From the NCBI GenBank assembly GCA_036261255.1, contig DATALD010000096.1:1454-65453 (forward strand): DNA of 64,000 nt, written 5' to 3'. The stretch is from Bacteroidales bacterium. Its GTDB lineage: Bacteria; Bacteroidota; Bacteroidia; Bacteroidales; VadinHA17. The notes beneath the pieces were generated by a model. The model saw only the letters and a program-made list of their open reading frames with translations. It did not search any database and had not been told where the DNA came from. Below, piece by piece: positions 38,505 through 47,604 of the stretch. Numbering within the stretch: the stretch's first letter is position 1; the number at the start of each line of letters is the position of its first letter. Both the position numbers and the translations under genes were made by a program.

Positions 38505-40358
38505 TTATCTTTCTTTAACCCCGGAGTATACACTTACACTCCAGTCGGGAACATTAAGCCTGTCGTGGGCATTAACCGATACCGGTAAGGGGATGGCATT
38601 AATACTGCCATCCTTCTTTTCGTTCCATTTTGCTTCTTTTGAGTCAGCAAGCTTTATCCATGTTGAATGTTGTGACGGAACAAAGAATTCAATATCAGCA
38701 TCAGAGAAATTGAAAAAACTGACAATATAGCTTTTTGCATTTCCATCACGTCTAAGAATTGTAAGTCCGCTTTCGCCTGTAACATTAACCTCAATATCAT
38801 CTTTTATTGTATTCCTGAGTGCGTCCCTGTTTCTCCTTAGAGCTATCAGCTCCTTTGTCCACTGAAGGATTAGCTTGTTTTTACCTGACAATCTCTTTTC
38901 CTTGTTGAGCTTTGATTGAAAGAAGGTATTTTCATCCTGCGGATCAGGGGGTTCAACATCCCACTTAAATGCCTCGAATTCCTTTTTTCTTCCTTCTCTC
39001 ACCGCTTTAATAAGAGCCTCATCACTGTGACTAATGAAATATAAAAAAGGGTTTTCTTCACCATACTCTTCGCCCATAAAAAGCATCGGGATATATGGTG
39101 AAAGAATAATTGCGGCAGCAGCAAGTTTCAATTGCTCAAAGCCAACCAGGACTGATATCCTTTCTCCAAGGACACGATTCCCTATCTGATCGTGATTTTG
39201 GTTAAAAACAACAAATTTATGTCCTGGAATTCCTGCTGAGCTGTTTCCGTATTTTCTTTTTCTGAACCTCACCATTTCGCCGCTATGCACGAAGCCATCT
39301 TTATATGCTTTGGCAAGCTGTTCTATTCGCCCGAAATCTGCATACCTGGTTTTACCCGCGGGATGAAGTAAGACATAAAGAGCATGATGAAAATCATCAA
39401 GCCATTGTGCTTCGAATGAGAAGCCTCCAACTTCTGATGATTTCACAACTTTAGGATCATTGAGATCAGATTCGGCAATAACATGCATCACGCGACCTTC
39501 TCTGAATTCTGCATCCCTGATCTTTTCCATTGTAAGATCCCAGAAATGCCTGGAACCCGAATCATAAATTGCATGGATTGCATCAACTCTTATACCGTCG
39601 ATATGATAGTTTGTAAGCCAGAAAACAGGGTTATCAGAGAAGTAATCCCTGACACCATCACACCATTCATCATCAAGGTTTATTGCATCACCCCAGGGAA
39701 CCTGGTATTTCCTGGTGAAATATGGCCCAAAACTGCCGAAATAATTTCCTTCCGGGCCCAGGTGATTATATACAACATCAAGGAATACAGCGATGCCCAT
39801 GCTGTGGCAGGCATTCACAAGCTTTTTTAAACCTGATGGGCCGCCATAACTGTTCTGGACAGCATAAGGGTAGACACCGTCATATCCCCAGTTCCTTGAC
39901 CCTGGAAATTGGGCGACCGGCATTAGCTCGATAACATTTATACCAATTGAGGCAATATCATCCAGGTATGGTACAATTGCTTCAAATGTTCCTTCGGCTG
40001 TGAATGTCCCGGTATGAATTTCATAGATAACAGCATCTTTAAGGTTAATTCCTTTCCATCCGGTATCCGTCCAATTGAACTTTTCATGATTTACAACCTG
40101 CGATGGCCCGTGTACTCCTTCAGGTTGAAAATTCGATGCCGGATCAGGCAAATTATTTCCGTCATCAGGGCGGTAAAAATACCTTGTACCTTCACCGGCT
40201 TCTTCAACTATTGCCGTAAAATATCCCTCCTCATCTTTATCCATTTTATACTCTTCGTTAACAGGATTTAAAAGATGTAAGATCATGCTTTCTTTCTCTG
40301 GGGCCCATACAGTAAAGCGGCAATTTGGACCGGTAATTTTTGTTCCAATTTTACTCAT
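38505..40358 (-). CDS. treZ: Malto-oligosyltrehalose trehalohydrolase-like GH13 enzyme
   Basis: 617 aa. FTVWAP, IYEIHTGTFT, GINVIELMPV, WGYDGV, DVVYNHLGPEGNY, GIRVDA and NHDQIGNR. Confidence 0.75.
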   Translation of the reverse strand: MSKIGTKITGPNCRFTVWAPEKESMILHLLNPVNEEYKMDKDEEGYFTAIVEEAGEGTRYFYRPDDGNNLPDPASNFQPEGVHGPSQVVNHEKFNWTDTGWKGINLKDAVIYEIHTGTFTAEGTFEAIVPYLDDIASIGINVIELMPVAQFPGSRNWGYDGVYPYAVQNSYGGPSGLKKLVNACHSMGIAVFLDVVYNHLGPEGNYFGSFGPYFTRKYQVPWGDAINLDDEWCDGVRDYFSDNPVFWLTNYHIDGIRVDAIHAIYDSGSRHFWDLTMEKIRDAEFREGRVMHVIAESDLNDPKVVKSSEVGGFSFEAQWLDDFHHALYVLLHPAGKTRYADFGRIEQLAKAYKDGFVHSGEMVRFRKRKYGNSSAGIPGHKFVVFNQNHDQIGNRVLGERISVLVGFEQLKLAAAAIILSPYIPMLFMGEEYGEENPFLYFISHSDEALIKAVREGRKKEFEAFKWDVEPPDPQDENTFFQSKLNKEKRLSGKNKLILQWTKELIALRRNRDALRNTIKDDIEVNVTGESGLTILRRDGNAKSYIVSFFNFSDADIEFFVPSQHSTWIKLADSKEAKWNEKKDGSINAIPLPVSVNAHDRLNVPDWSVSVYSGVKER

Positions 40359-41953
40359 GATTCTGTTACCCTGATTATTATACCCTCATCTCCGCCAAGA
40401 TTGATTTCTTCATCAATTGGTAATCCTTCAAGCTCAGGTGATGTTGCAAACCTGATTGTTCCTTTTAATGATACCCTCTTTGATTTGAAATAACATGGAC
40501 GGTGGCTCAGGTTAAGTACAATAAGGAATGTGGAATGTTCAGGCTTTTTCCTGAAATATGCTATCATTTGCTTATCGGAATGAAATGGCGAGTAATCACC
40601 TGACATAAGAGTTATCTCCTTTTGGCGGAAATCAATAAGCTTCCTGTAAAATGTCAGCATAGAATAAAAGTCATTCTTCTCTCTCTCGATATTAACCCGG
40701 TGATAGTGCCTGTCAATGGGAAGCCAGGGTTTAACCTGGCTGAATCCTGCGTACTCGCTGTTATCCCATTGCATCGGAGTTCTGGAAGGATCACGGCTGA
40801 GGTTTTTATCCGGCATATTCAATCCCTGGGGATCTCTGATATCTGAAGAAGGTACCGGAACATCCCTCATACCGATTTCATCACCATAATACATAGTTGG
40901 GGTTCCCCGGAGTGTCAGCAGTAATATTGCCGCTATTTTTGCCTGGTTCAATCCAACCCTGCTTGTTATCCTTGGCTGATCATGATTCCCAATAACCCAA
41001 TTTGGCCAGGCATTTCCGGGAAGTGCACTCTCATATTCATCGATCATTGATGATATTTTCTGCGCTTCCCATGGCGCTGATATCAGAGCGAAGTTAAACG
41101 GTAGATTTGCGCCTTTACCGTTCGTTCCATAGTAGGTAACAAGCCTTTGGATCGGCAGGTATATTTCTCCAATCATCAAATGTTCAGGATATTGATCAAT
41201 GATGCTTCGCATCTCTGTTACAATATCATGAGTTTCAGGCTGATCTGTTGAATATACCGGAAGCAAAGAATCGTATGTCGCCATGTGTTCCTCATAGTTC
41301 GGATTCTTTGGATTATCGCGGAGATTTTTATCCTTTATAAGATGCCATACAACATCTATTCTGAAACCATCAATCCCCTTATTCAACCAGAAACGCATTA
41401 TATCATACATTGCTTCCCGCACTTCAGGATTTCTCCAGTTCAAGTCAGGTTGTTCCTTCAGAAATGCATGATAGTAATACTGTCCTGTTTTTTTATCTAG
41501 TTCCCAGGCAGATCCTCCGAAAACACTTAACCAATTATTCGGGGGGCTGCCATCAGAAAGAGGGTCATACCATAAATACCAGTCTCTTTTAGGATTATCG
41601 AGTGTCGATCTTGATTCAACGAACCATGGGTGCTGATCTGAAGAATGGTTTGGCACAAAGTCCATGATGATCTTAAGATCGCGGTTATGGACCTCCCTGA
41701 CAAGCTCTTCGAAATCATCAAGTGTACCGAAGATGGGGTCAATACCTTTATAATCTGAGATATCGTATCCGAAATCAGCCATTGGCGAAGGACATACCGG
41801 CGATAACCATAGAGCCTTAATCCCCAGCCATTTAAGATAATCGAGTCTGCGGATTATCCCCCTTAGATCACCTATTCCGTCATTATTGCTATCCTGAAAT
41901 GATCGTGGATAGACCTGGTATATAATACCTGTCTGCCACCAGTAAAGACTCAT
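40355..41953 (-). CDS. GH13 alpha-glucosidase / oligo-1,6-glucosidase-like enzyme
   Basis: 532 aa. WWQTGIIYQVYPRSFQDSNNDGIGDLRGI, DFVPNHSSDQHPWF, GFRIDV and GEIY motifs. 4-nt overlap with treZ. Confidence 0.8.
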   Translation of the reverse strand: MSLYWWQTGIIYQVYPRSFQDSNNDGIGDLRGIIRRLDYLKWLGIKALWLSPVCPSPMADFGYDISDYKGIDPIFGTLDDFEELVREVHNRDLKIIMDFVPNHSSDQHPWFVESRSTLDNPKRDWYLWYDPLSDGSPPNNWLSVFGGSAWELDKKTGQYYYHAFLKEQPDLNWRNPEVREAMYDIMRFWLNKGIDGFRIDVVWHLIKDKNLRDNPKNPNYEEHMATYDSLLPVYSTDQPETHDIVTEMRSIIDQYPEHLMIGEIYLPIQRLVTYYGTNGKGANLPFNFALISAPWEAQKISSMIDEYESALPGNAWPNWVIGNHDQPRITSRVGLNQAKIAAILLLTLRGTPTMYYGDEIGMRDVPVPSSDIRDPQGLNMPDKNLSRDPSRTPMQWDNSEYAGFSQVKPWLPIDRHYHRVNIEREKNDFYSMLTFYRKLIDFRQKEITLMSGDYSPFHSDKQMIAYFRKKPEHSTFLIVLNLSHRPCYFKSKRVSLKGTIRFATSPELEGLPIDEEINLGGDEGIIIRVTES

Positions 41954-42018
41954 GTTGTTTCACTTGGTATGTAGAGAGAACAACAATTTCAGGAGGAATG
42001 TTTTGAATTATTGCTGTT

Positions 42019-43425
42019 TTACCTAAGCTCCTTAACCCAACCAGCTATTATGTTTAATGCCTCAGGTGAGAATGTTTCATCGATTGTTGAGTACTCAGCC
42101 GGCAGACCTGTTTTGCAATGCTGGAAAAGATGATTTAAGCCTGGCATTTCGATTGTTTTAACATTTGTATTGCCACCAGATTTCAGAGCTTTCTCAATAG
42201 CTTTCAGGTTTACACCGGCAGCAACCTGGAGATCTAAGCTTCCGTTCAGTGCAAGAACCGGACATTTTACTTTTTTCCAGAAATCAGCGGGATTAGTAGA
42301 TACAAAATATCTGAGCCAGTTGAGTGTAATAGGTTGAACACTTGATTTTACCTGTTGTAATCCAATTTCAGCTTCCTCGGGGGATAGTTTTAACTGACCT
42401 GCCATCTTTATATATGCATCAACCATCTTTTCAGATGCCTTGTTGTTATCTTTTTCCTTTTTCAGAATTGAGAAAAGTACACTATTAACCTTCTCATTTT
42501 CTTTTATTTTCTTACCACTAACACCTGATGTTCTGCTTAAGTCAGCAGCTTGGTTTTTGATAATTATATCACCAGTGAGACCTGCCCCTGAGAGGGAAAC
42601 TATAAAATCAACGTCATTACGTGAAGAAGCCACAATTGCGGCGATCATACTACCCTCGCTATGACCAATCATCCCAATGCTTCCTTGTTTTATCCTCTTG
42701 TCTTTTTTCAGGAATTCAAGGGCTGCTTCCGCATCAGATGCAAAGTCGAGAGAAGTTGAAGTAAAGATGTCGCCTGTCGATTTTCCAACACCCCTGTCAT
42801 CATATCTTAACACTGCAATACCCTGGCGTGTAAGATAATCTGCAATAACAAGAAAAGGTTTATGCCCCATCAATTCTTCGTTTCTGTTCTGAGCGCCGGA
42901 ACCTGTTATAAGTATCACAGCAGGAAACGGTCCATTACCCTGGGGAATCGTCAGAGTGCCTGCAAGAATTGCTTTCCCTTTCTCATTCCTGAATGTCACT
43001 TCTTCATCTTTGTAAGGATATGGACGAACAGGTTCCTGTGGTTTTCGCGTAGAGAATTCGGTTGTAAGCCTAGTAAGGTTAAGCTTCAACGCCATTCCAC
43101 CCTGGGAGAAAGTGCCGTTTATTGTCGTATCATTAACTAAGGATCCCTGATACTCAGCTCTTAGTGTTGGCGCCATAATTATAAAATCACGCCCAGTGAT
43201 GTTAATTGGACCTACCTTTATGCCTTCTGCTCCCTGGTCGGGACTGTCGAGAGTCACAATAAGACTGTCATACTCATCAGCAGTGATATTGAAAACTATT
43301 CTCAAATCAATGGCTCCGGTTGTTAACTTACCAATCCATGATCCTTTTATAAGATCACGACTTGATTGTGCCGATGAAATATGAACTGTAATAATAAGAG
43401 AAAGGATTAAAAGAACTTTTTTCAT
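42019..43425 (-). CDS. Secreted alpha/beta hydrolase
   Basis: I take the start at the internal ATG (MKKVLLILSL...) rather than 43458. GHSEGS nucleophile-elbow motif, with a signal peptide. Confidence 0.65.
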   Translation of the reverse strand: MKKVLLILSLIITVHISSAQSSRDLIKGSWIGKLTTGAIDLRIVFNITADEYDSLIVTLDSPDQGAEGIKVGPINITGRDFIIMAPTLRAEYQGSLVNDTTINGTFSQGGMALKLNLTRLTTEFSTRKPQEPVRPYPYKDEEVTFRNEKGKAILAGTLTIPQGNGPFPAVILITGSGAQNRNEELMGHKPFLVIADYLTRQGIAVLRYDDRGVGKSTGDIFTSTSLDFASDAEAALEFLKKDKRIKQGSIGMIGHSEGSMIAAIVASSRNDVDFIVSLSGAGLTGDIIIKNQAADLSRTSGVSGKKIKENEKVNSVLFSILKKEKDNNKASEKMVDAYIKMAGQLKLSPEEAEIGLQQVKSSVQPITLNWLRYFVSTNPADFWKKVKCPVLALNGSLDLQVAAGVNLKAIEKALKSGGNTNVKTIEMPGLNHLFQHCKTGLPAEYSTIDETFSPEALNIIAGWVKELR

Positions 43426-43454
43426 TTTGCTAATACGATTATCATAAAAACCAA

Positions 43455-43513
43455 TCATTCACTCATTCACTCATTCACTCATTCACTCATTCACTCATTC
43501 ATTCACTCATTCA
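43455..43513. repeat. 8-bp tandem repeat (TCATTCAC), about 7 units
   Basis: Perfect units at 43455, 43463, 43471, 43479 and 43487, with degenerate units after. Sits in the divergent promoter region between the hydrolase and yedF. Confidence 0.9.
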
Positions 43514-43595
43514 AAAAAGCAAAGTAATGAAATTCATTTATGTTCCGCTATTTTCTAAGGTTCTTTATTAATTTTACGCTGTTTAAAATCTGAAA

Positions 43596-44222
43596 ATGAA
43601 GATAGTTGACACAAGGGGACAAGCCTGCCCGGCGCCTATAATTGCAGCCAAAAAAGCTTTAAAGGAATCTGTTGCAGGCGAATTATTTGAAATCCTTACG
43701 GATAACCTGACTTCGTATAATAATCTTATGAGATTTCTTAAGGATAATAAAGCTGCAACGAAGGTTGAGAAACATGAAAAGCATTGGAAACTTACAGTAT
43801 CAAAGGCAAACTCCGAAAGCAATGGAGGTATTGCCGAAATAGATGCAGGAGACTATTGCAGTACCGAGATTGCTCATTTCGAAAAGGGTGATTTTATTGT
43901 TGTAATATCTTCAGACAGGATGGGTGAGGGTGATATTGACCTTGGGAATCTTCTCATTGGAAATTTCATAAAAGCATTAAAAGATCTTGATAAACTTCCC
44001 GATAAGATTATTTTTTATAATAGTGGAGTTAAACTGGCAACAAAAGATTCGTCGTACTCAGTACACCTTCAGGACCTTGAGAAGATGGGTGTCGATATCA
44101 TTCTTTGCGCAACATGTGTAAACCATTATAAACTTGAAAACGCTATTGCAGTTGGCAACCTTGGCAATATGTTTTCAATTGCTGAAGCTATGGCATGTGC
44201 CGAGAAAGTAATCAAACCATAA
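43596..44222 (+). CDS. yedF: YedF-type sulfurtransferase-like selenium metabolism protein (TusA-like N-terminus plus DsrE-like C-terminus)
   Basis: 208 aa. DTRGQACPAPIIAAKKAL TusA/SirA motif. Directly upstream of selD. Confidence 0.7.
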   Translation: MKIVDTRGQACPAPIIAAKKALKESVAGELFEILTDNLTSYNNLMRFLKDNKAATKVEKHEKHWKLTVSKANSESNGGIAEIDAGDYCSTEIAHFEKGDFIVVISSDRMGEGDIDLGNLLIGNFIKALKDLDKLPDKIIFYNSGVKLATKDSSYSVHLQDLEKMGVDIILCATCVNHYKLENAIAVGNLGNMFSIAEAMACAEKVIKP

Positions 44223-44226
44223 TTAT

Positions 44227-45270
44227 ATGATGAAGGTTGACCTGTTAAAGATGGTTGAAAGCGGAGGCTGTTCAAGTAAGATTCCACCACAACAGCTTGA
44301 AGAGATACTTAAGTATCTTCCACTTCCGGCTGATCCCAATATTCTTGTCGACATAGATACACATGATGATGCAGGGGTATACAGGATAAATGATGAGCTG
44401 GCAATAGTACTGACAACTGATTTCTTTCCACCTGTATGCAGCGATCCCTATGAATTCGGCCAGATTGCTGCCACAAACTCAATAAGCGACGTATATGCCA
44501 TGGGTGGCGATCCTATCCTTGCTTTGAATATTATGATGTTTCCATCGGTGAAACTTCCCATGGAAGCTTATGCTGAGATCATGAAGGGAGGGTATGACAA
44601 GGCTGCAGAAGCAGGGGTGAGGATAATTGGTGGCCATACAATTGATGATTATCCTCCGAAGTATGGGCTTGCAGTAATTGGATTTGTTCATCCACAGAAA
44701 ATAATAACAAATTCAGGAGCAAGGGCTGGAGATAAGCTCATTATTACAAAGCCATTAGGGGCAGGTATCTTAAGCGCGGGGTTCAGAATGGGAATGTCAA
44801 ATGAGGAGGAGTTCAGCGCTGCCACAGAGAATATGAAAATTCTGAATAGAACAGGCGCTGCCGTAATGAAGCAGTTTAATCTGAAGGGAGCTACAGATAT
44901 AACAGGATTTGGACTCTGTGGACACGCCCTTAAGATGGCAAGAGCAAGTGATGTCACAGTTACTATCAATATGTCTAATGTGCCATTGCTAAAAGGTACA
45001 TATAACCTTATTGATGAGGGATGCATACCCGGCGCTGCTTTCAGGAATCTTGAATATTGTGAACAATTCCTTAGGACAAGCGATGATCTTGATTATAACC
45101 TGAAGATGATCGCTTTTGATGCACAAACCTCCGGCGGACTTTTGATGTGTGTTCCTTCTGACTTAGCAGATGAGGTTCTTACCGATCTGAAAAGTTCGGG
45201 CTTAACTCAATCCGCAATAATCGGTTCAGTTCAAGATAAAAGTGATAATTATCTCGTTCTAAATCATTGA
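44227..45270 (+). CDS. selD: Selenide, water dikinase (Cys-type)
   Basis: 347 aa. N-terminal GGCSSKIPPQQLEEIL (Cys and Lys aligned with E. coli Cys17/Lys20), DDAGVY, and AIR-synthase-like GHTIDD. Confidence 0.85.
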   Translation: MMKVDLLKMVESGGCSSKIPPQQLEEILKYLPLPADPNILVDIDTHDDAGVYRINDELAIVLTTDFFPPVCSDPYEFGQIAATNSISDVYAMGGDPILALNIMMFPSVKLPMEAYAEIMKGGYDKAAEAGVRIIGGHTIDDYPPKYGLAVIGFVHPQKIITNSGARAGDKLIITKPLGAGILSAGFRMGMSNEEEFSAATENMKILNRTGAAVMKQFNLKGATDITGFGLCGHALKMARASDVTVTINMSNVPLLKGTYNLIDEGCIPGAAFRNLEYCEQFLRTSDDLDYNLKMIAFDAQTSGGLLMCVPSDLADEVLTDLKSSGLTQSAIIGSVQDKSDNYLVLNH

Positions 45271-45278
45271 TTTATAGT

Positions 45279-45385
45279 CTCTGACCTGCGCCCTGTACTC
45301 TGGGCCCTGTGCCAACTGCCCTGGCTCTGCACTCTCTGCCAACTGCCCTGCGCTCTCCGCCCTGCGCCCTGCGCCCTTTGCCATG
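45279..45385. repeat. GC-rich degenerate tandem tract (CTGCGCCCTG / TGCCAACTGCCCTG words), G-run-rich on the minus strand
   Basis: CTGCGCCCTG-like words at about 45286, 45347, 45360 and 45367. TGCCAACTGCCCTG occurs twice. The tract lies between the convergent selD and Nudix genes and is far more GC-rich than its surroundings. Confidence 0.8.
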
Positions 45386-45390
45386 AGCCA

Positions 45391-46008
45391 TCAGTCAAAC
45401 ACCGTTTCAAACACCGGCTTATTCTTTGCATCGAAACACAACTCAATCTGCTCCCTGTTATTTCTTTCAACAGATAACTCAGGTAGATTTTCAAGTGAGA
45501 AGAAATCAGCTCCATAAGTTTCCATATTATCGGCGAAGTTCCATTCTATAAGTTCACATTCTACGAAGATCTTGTAAATTGTATAAGGATAGACGAAGTT
45601 GTTCTGCCTGTTAGCTGTTAGTATGGCTATAATGCGTTTTGGTTTAACAATGGCTCCGGCTTCTTCAGAACACTCCCTCACAGCTGATTCATAAACTGTA
45701 GAATTTACATCTGCCCATCCGCCCGGGAGTGACCATTTACCATCTATTTTTTCCTTTGCCATCAATATTGAATCGCCTTTGAATACTGCTGACCTGATAT
45801 CGACCTTTGGTGTCTGATAACCTGTTTCATTAGCAAACAGGTTAACAAGTTTCTCATGAGCCAGCCCTGTATATTCCTGCATTATTGCTACTGAAAGTTC
45901 CCGAAGTTTTTTATACCTGTCTATATCATAAGGGTTCTCCGAAAATGTAAGTCCGGCCTGTGCTATCGACTGTATTTCTGTTACCCATGTAAGCCATTTT
46001 TTTTCCAT
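45391..46008 (-). CDS. Nudix hydrolase with Nudix_N-type N-terminal domain
   Basis: 205 aa. WSLPGGWADVNSTVYESAVRECSEEAG Nudix box. The N-terminal helical domain (ITEIQSIAQAGLTFSENPYDIDRY) is typical of this subfamily. Confidence 0.75.
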   Translation of the reverse strand: MEKKWLTWVTEIQSIAQAGLTFSENPYDIDRYKKLRELSVAIMQEYTGLAHEKLVNLFANETGYQTPKVDIRSAVFKGDSILMAKEKIDGKWSLPGGWADVNSTVYESAVRECSEEAGAIVKPKRIIAILTANRQNNFVYPYTIYKIFVECELIEWNFADNMETYGADFFSLENLPELSVERNNREQIELCFDAKNKPVFETVFD

Positions 46009-46034
46009 ATTTTCATTTAATTGAAGAGCATAAT

Positions 46035-46066
46035 AAAAAAGGCGTTCATAACCGAACGCCTTTTCA
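46035..46066 (-). terminator. Rho-independent terminator hairpin (symmetric A-run and T-run)
   Basis: GGCGTTC (46041-46047) pairs with GAACGCC (46054-46060). It is flanked by AAAAAA and TTTT and lies just downstream of the FadL-like gene. Confidence 0.7.
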
Positions 46067-46086
46067 AAATTAATATTTTTCAGATA

Positions 46087-47442
46087 TTATTTTCCAAAAT
46101 AAAAGTCAGCTCCGATACCTAGAATCATTGTTTTCTTTGCATGAGTTTCTGTGATTGGAGTTAAACGAACCAATTGTTTGGTATCATCAGAATAGAATGT
46201 ATACTGACCGCCAACATTGATATCAATTTTGTCGTTAATTCTATAACCAAATCCAGCGCCGAATGAATTCGTGTTTGTACTGTATGTCTGGTCACTCTGA
46301 TAGTTGGTATTAACACTTGTTGCAGTTGCCATCCAGCCGGCGCTTACTCTAAGCTTTTCTGTAAGACCATACTCGGCTCCAAACCCGTATTCGAGGAAAT
46401 TTTTATCTATAGTATTTGGGTTTATTGCTGCAGTATTAAGATCTTTATCGAAATAGATGTCAAAACTTCCGGCAAGGGTTAATTTGTCAATTGGTTTATA
46501 TTCTGCACCAAAAGTTAACATGGCCGGCATATCAGCCCTGTATTTATTGTTGTCAACAAACATCCCGCCGGCATCTTTACCATTAATAACATTTGTTGTC
46601 ATTTCAAGCTTAGTTGCAAATTCATATTTAACAGCAACATTGAGGTTCTCCATTGGAGCAACATTTACGCTAAAAATTGGTGCAATGCCGGAACCTGTTT
46701 CCTCAACATCTACTTCCTTGTTAGCAGTTAACACTGCATAGCTGGATTGACCAATAGTTGTAAAGAAGGCGGGAGCAGATACCATTGCACTTGTTGGATT
46801 TGCCAAAGGATGATATGGGTTTATCATAATATTTGCAATCGATCCGTTATATGTGTTTTTTGCACTTACATACCGTACTCCTGCTGATACTGATATTATC
46901 TCATTAATCTGGTAAGCAGCGTTAGCCTGATATCCAAAATATACAGATTTTCCTTCAAAAAATATGTCTGCTGAATACAAAGTTGTTATTAAACCCATCG
47001 ATGAAAGAAGAGGTTTCAGTTCGGAGATCCCCATCTCGAATGAAGGCAAACCTTCATCATACTTTGCACCACCTCCACCACCAACAGGATTGAAACCTGC
47101 TGAAAATGAAAACTTCCCTGTATTGTATACTGCATATATGCCCGGGAATAATGGAGCGCTTACTTTCCCTATATATTCTTTGGGTGAATCAGTAAGAAAA
47201 GTATAATTATTGGTGACTGTTCTTGTCTGGCTTATTGTCTGATTGCTTACAGAGAAGAAGATACCATCACCAAGCTTAGTCAATCCGGCAGGATTATAGT
47301 AAACAGCGTCAATTGAAGTAGATGCATTTCTATTCTGCATCCTTGTAAATAATGCGCTCTGATTGTTGTTTGTCACCAGTCCGCCTGCGAAAATGCTCCC
47401 GCATATAAGCAGCCCTGTCGAAAAAAGTAAAAATTTTCTCAT
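46087..47442 (-). CDS. Outer-membrane transport protein, OMPP1/FadL/TodX family
   Basis: I take the start at the internal ATG (MRKFLLFSTG...). Signal peptide, NQSALFTRMQNRNASTSIDAVYYNPAGL, and beta-barrel-like alternating pattern ending in F..K. Confidence 0.65.
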   Translation of the reverse strand: MRKFLLFSTGLLICGSIFAGGLVTNNNQSALFTRMQNRNASTSIDAVYYNPAGLTKLGDGIFFSVSNQTISQTRTVTNNYTFLTDSPKEYIGKVSAPLFPGIYAVYNTGKFSFSAGFNPVGGGGGAKYDEGLPSFEMGISELKPLLSSMGLITTLYSADIFFEGKSVYFGYQANAAYQINEIISVSAGVRYVSAKNTYNGSIANIMINPYHPLANPTSAMVSAPAFFTTIGQSSYAVLTANKEVDVEETGSGIAPIFSVNVAPMENLNVAVKYEFATKLEMTTNVINGKDAGGMFVDNNKYRADMPAMLTFGAEYKPIDKLTLAGSFDIYFDKDLNTAAINPNTIDKNFLEYGFGAEYGLTEKLRVSAGWMATATSVNTNYQSDQTYSTNTNSFGAGFGYRINDKIDINVGGQYTFYSDDTKQLVRLTPITETHAKKTMILGIGADFYFGK

Positions 47443-47604
47443 AGATAGAGTATTAAGATTATATGGCAGTAATACTGCTTTCAGTTTTAACTTTGTCAAA
47501 TGTAAAAAAATAATTTATTTCCACAAGTCTAAAAATCAATGTTGATAATTAATGACTTATAAAGTTGCGTAAAATCAGGTCGAAAAGAAATAAAGAAGCT
47601 TCGG

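Noticed and set aside
38187-38588. 133-aa plus-strand ORF
   Set aside because: It is antisense to the nucleotidyltransferase-fold gene and to the 3' end of treZ, with no motifs. Shadow ORF.
45264-45515. 83-aa minus-strand ORF spanning the GC-rich tract
   Set aside because: The translation is a low-complexity QG/RA/SW repeat generated by the DNA repeat. The ORF overlaps the 3' end of the Nudix gene in another frame. More likely non-coding.
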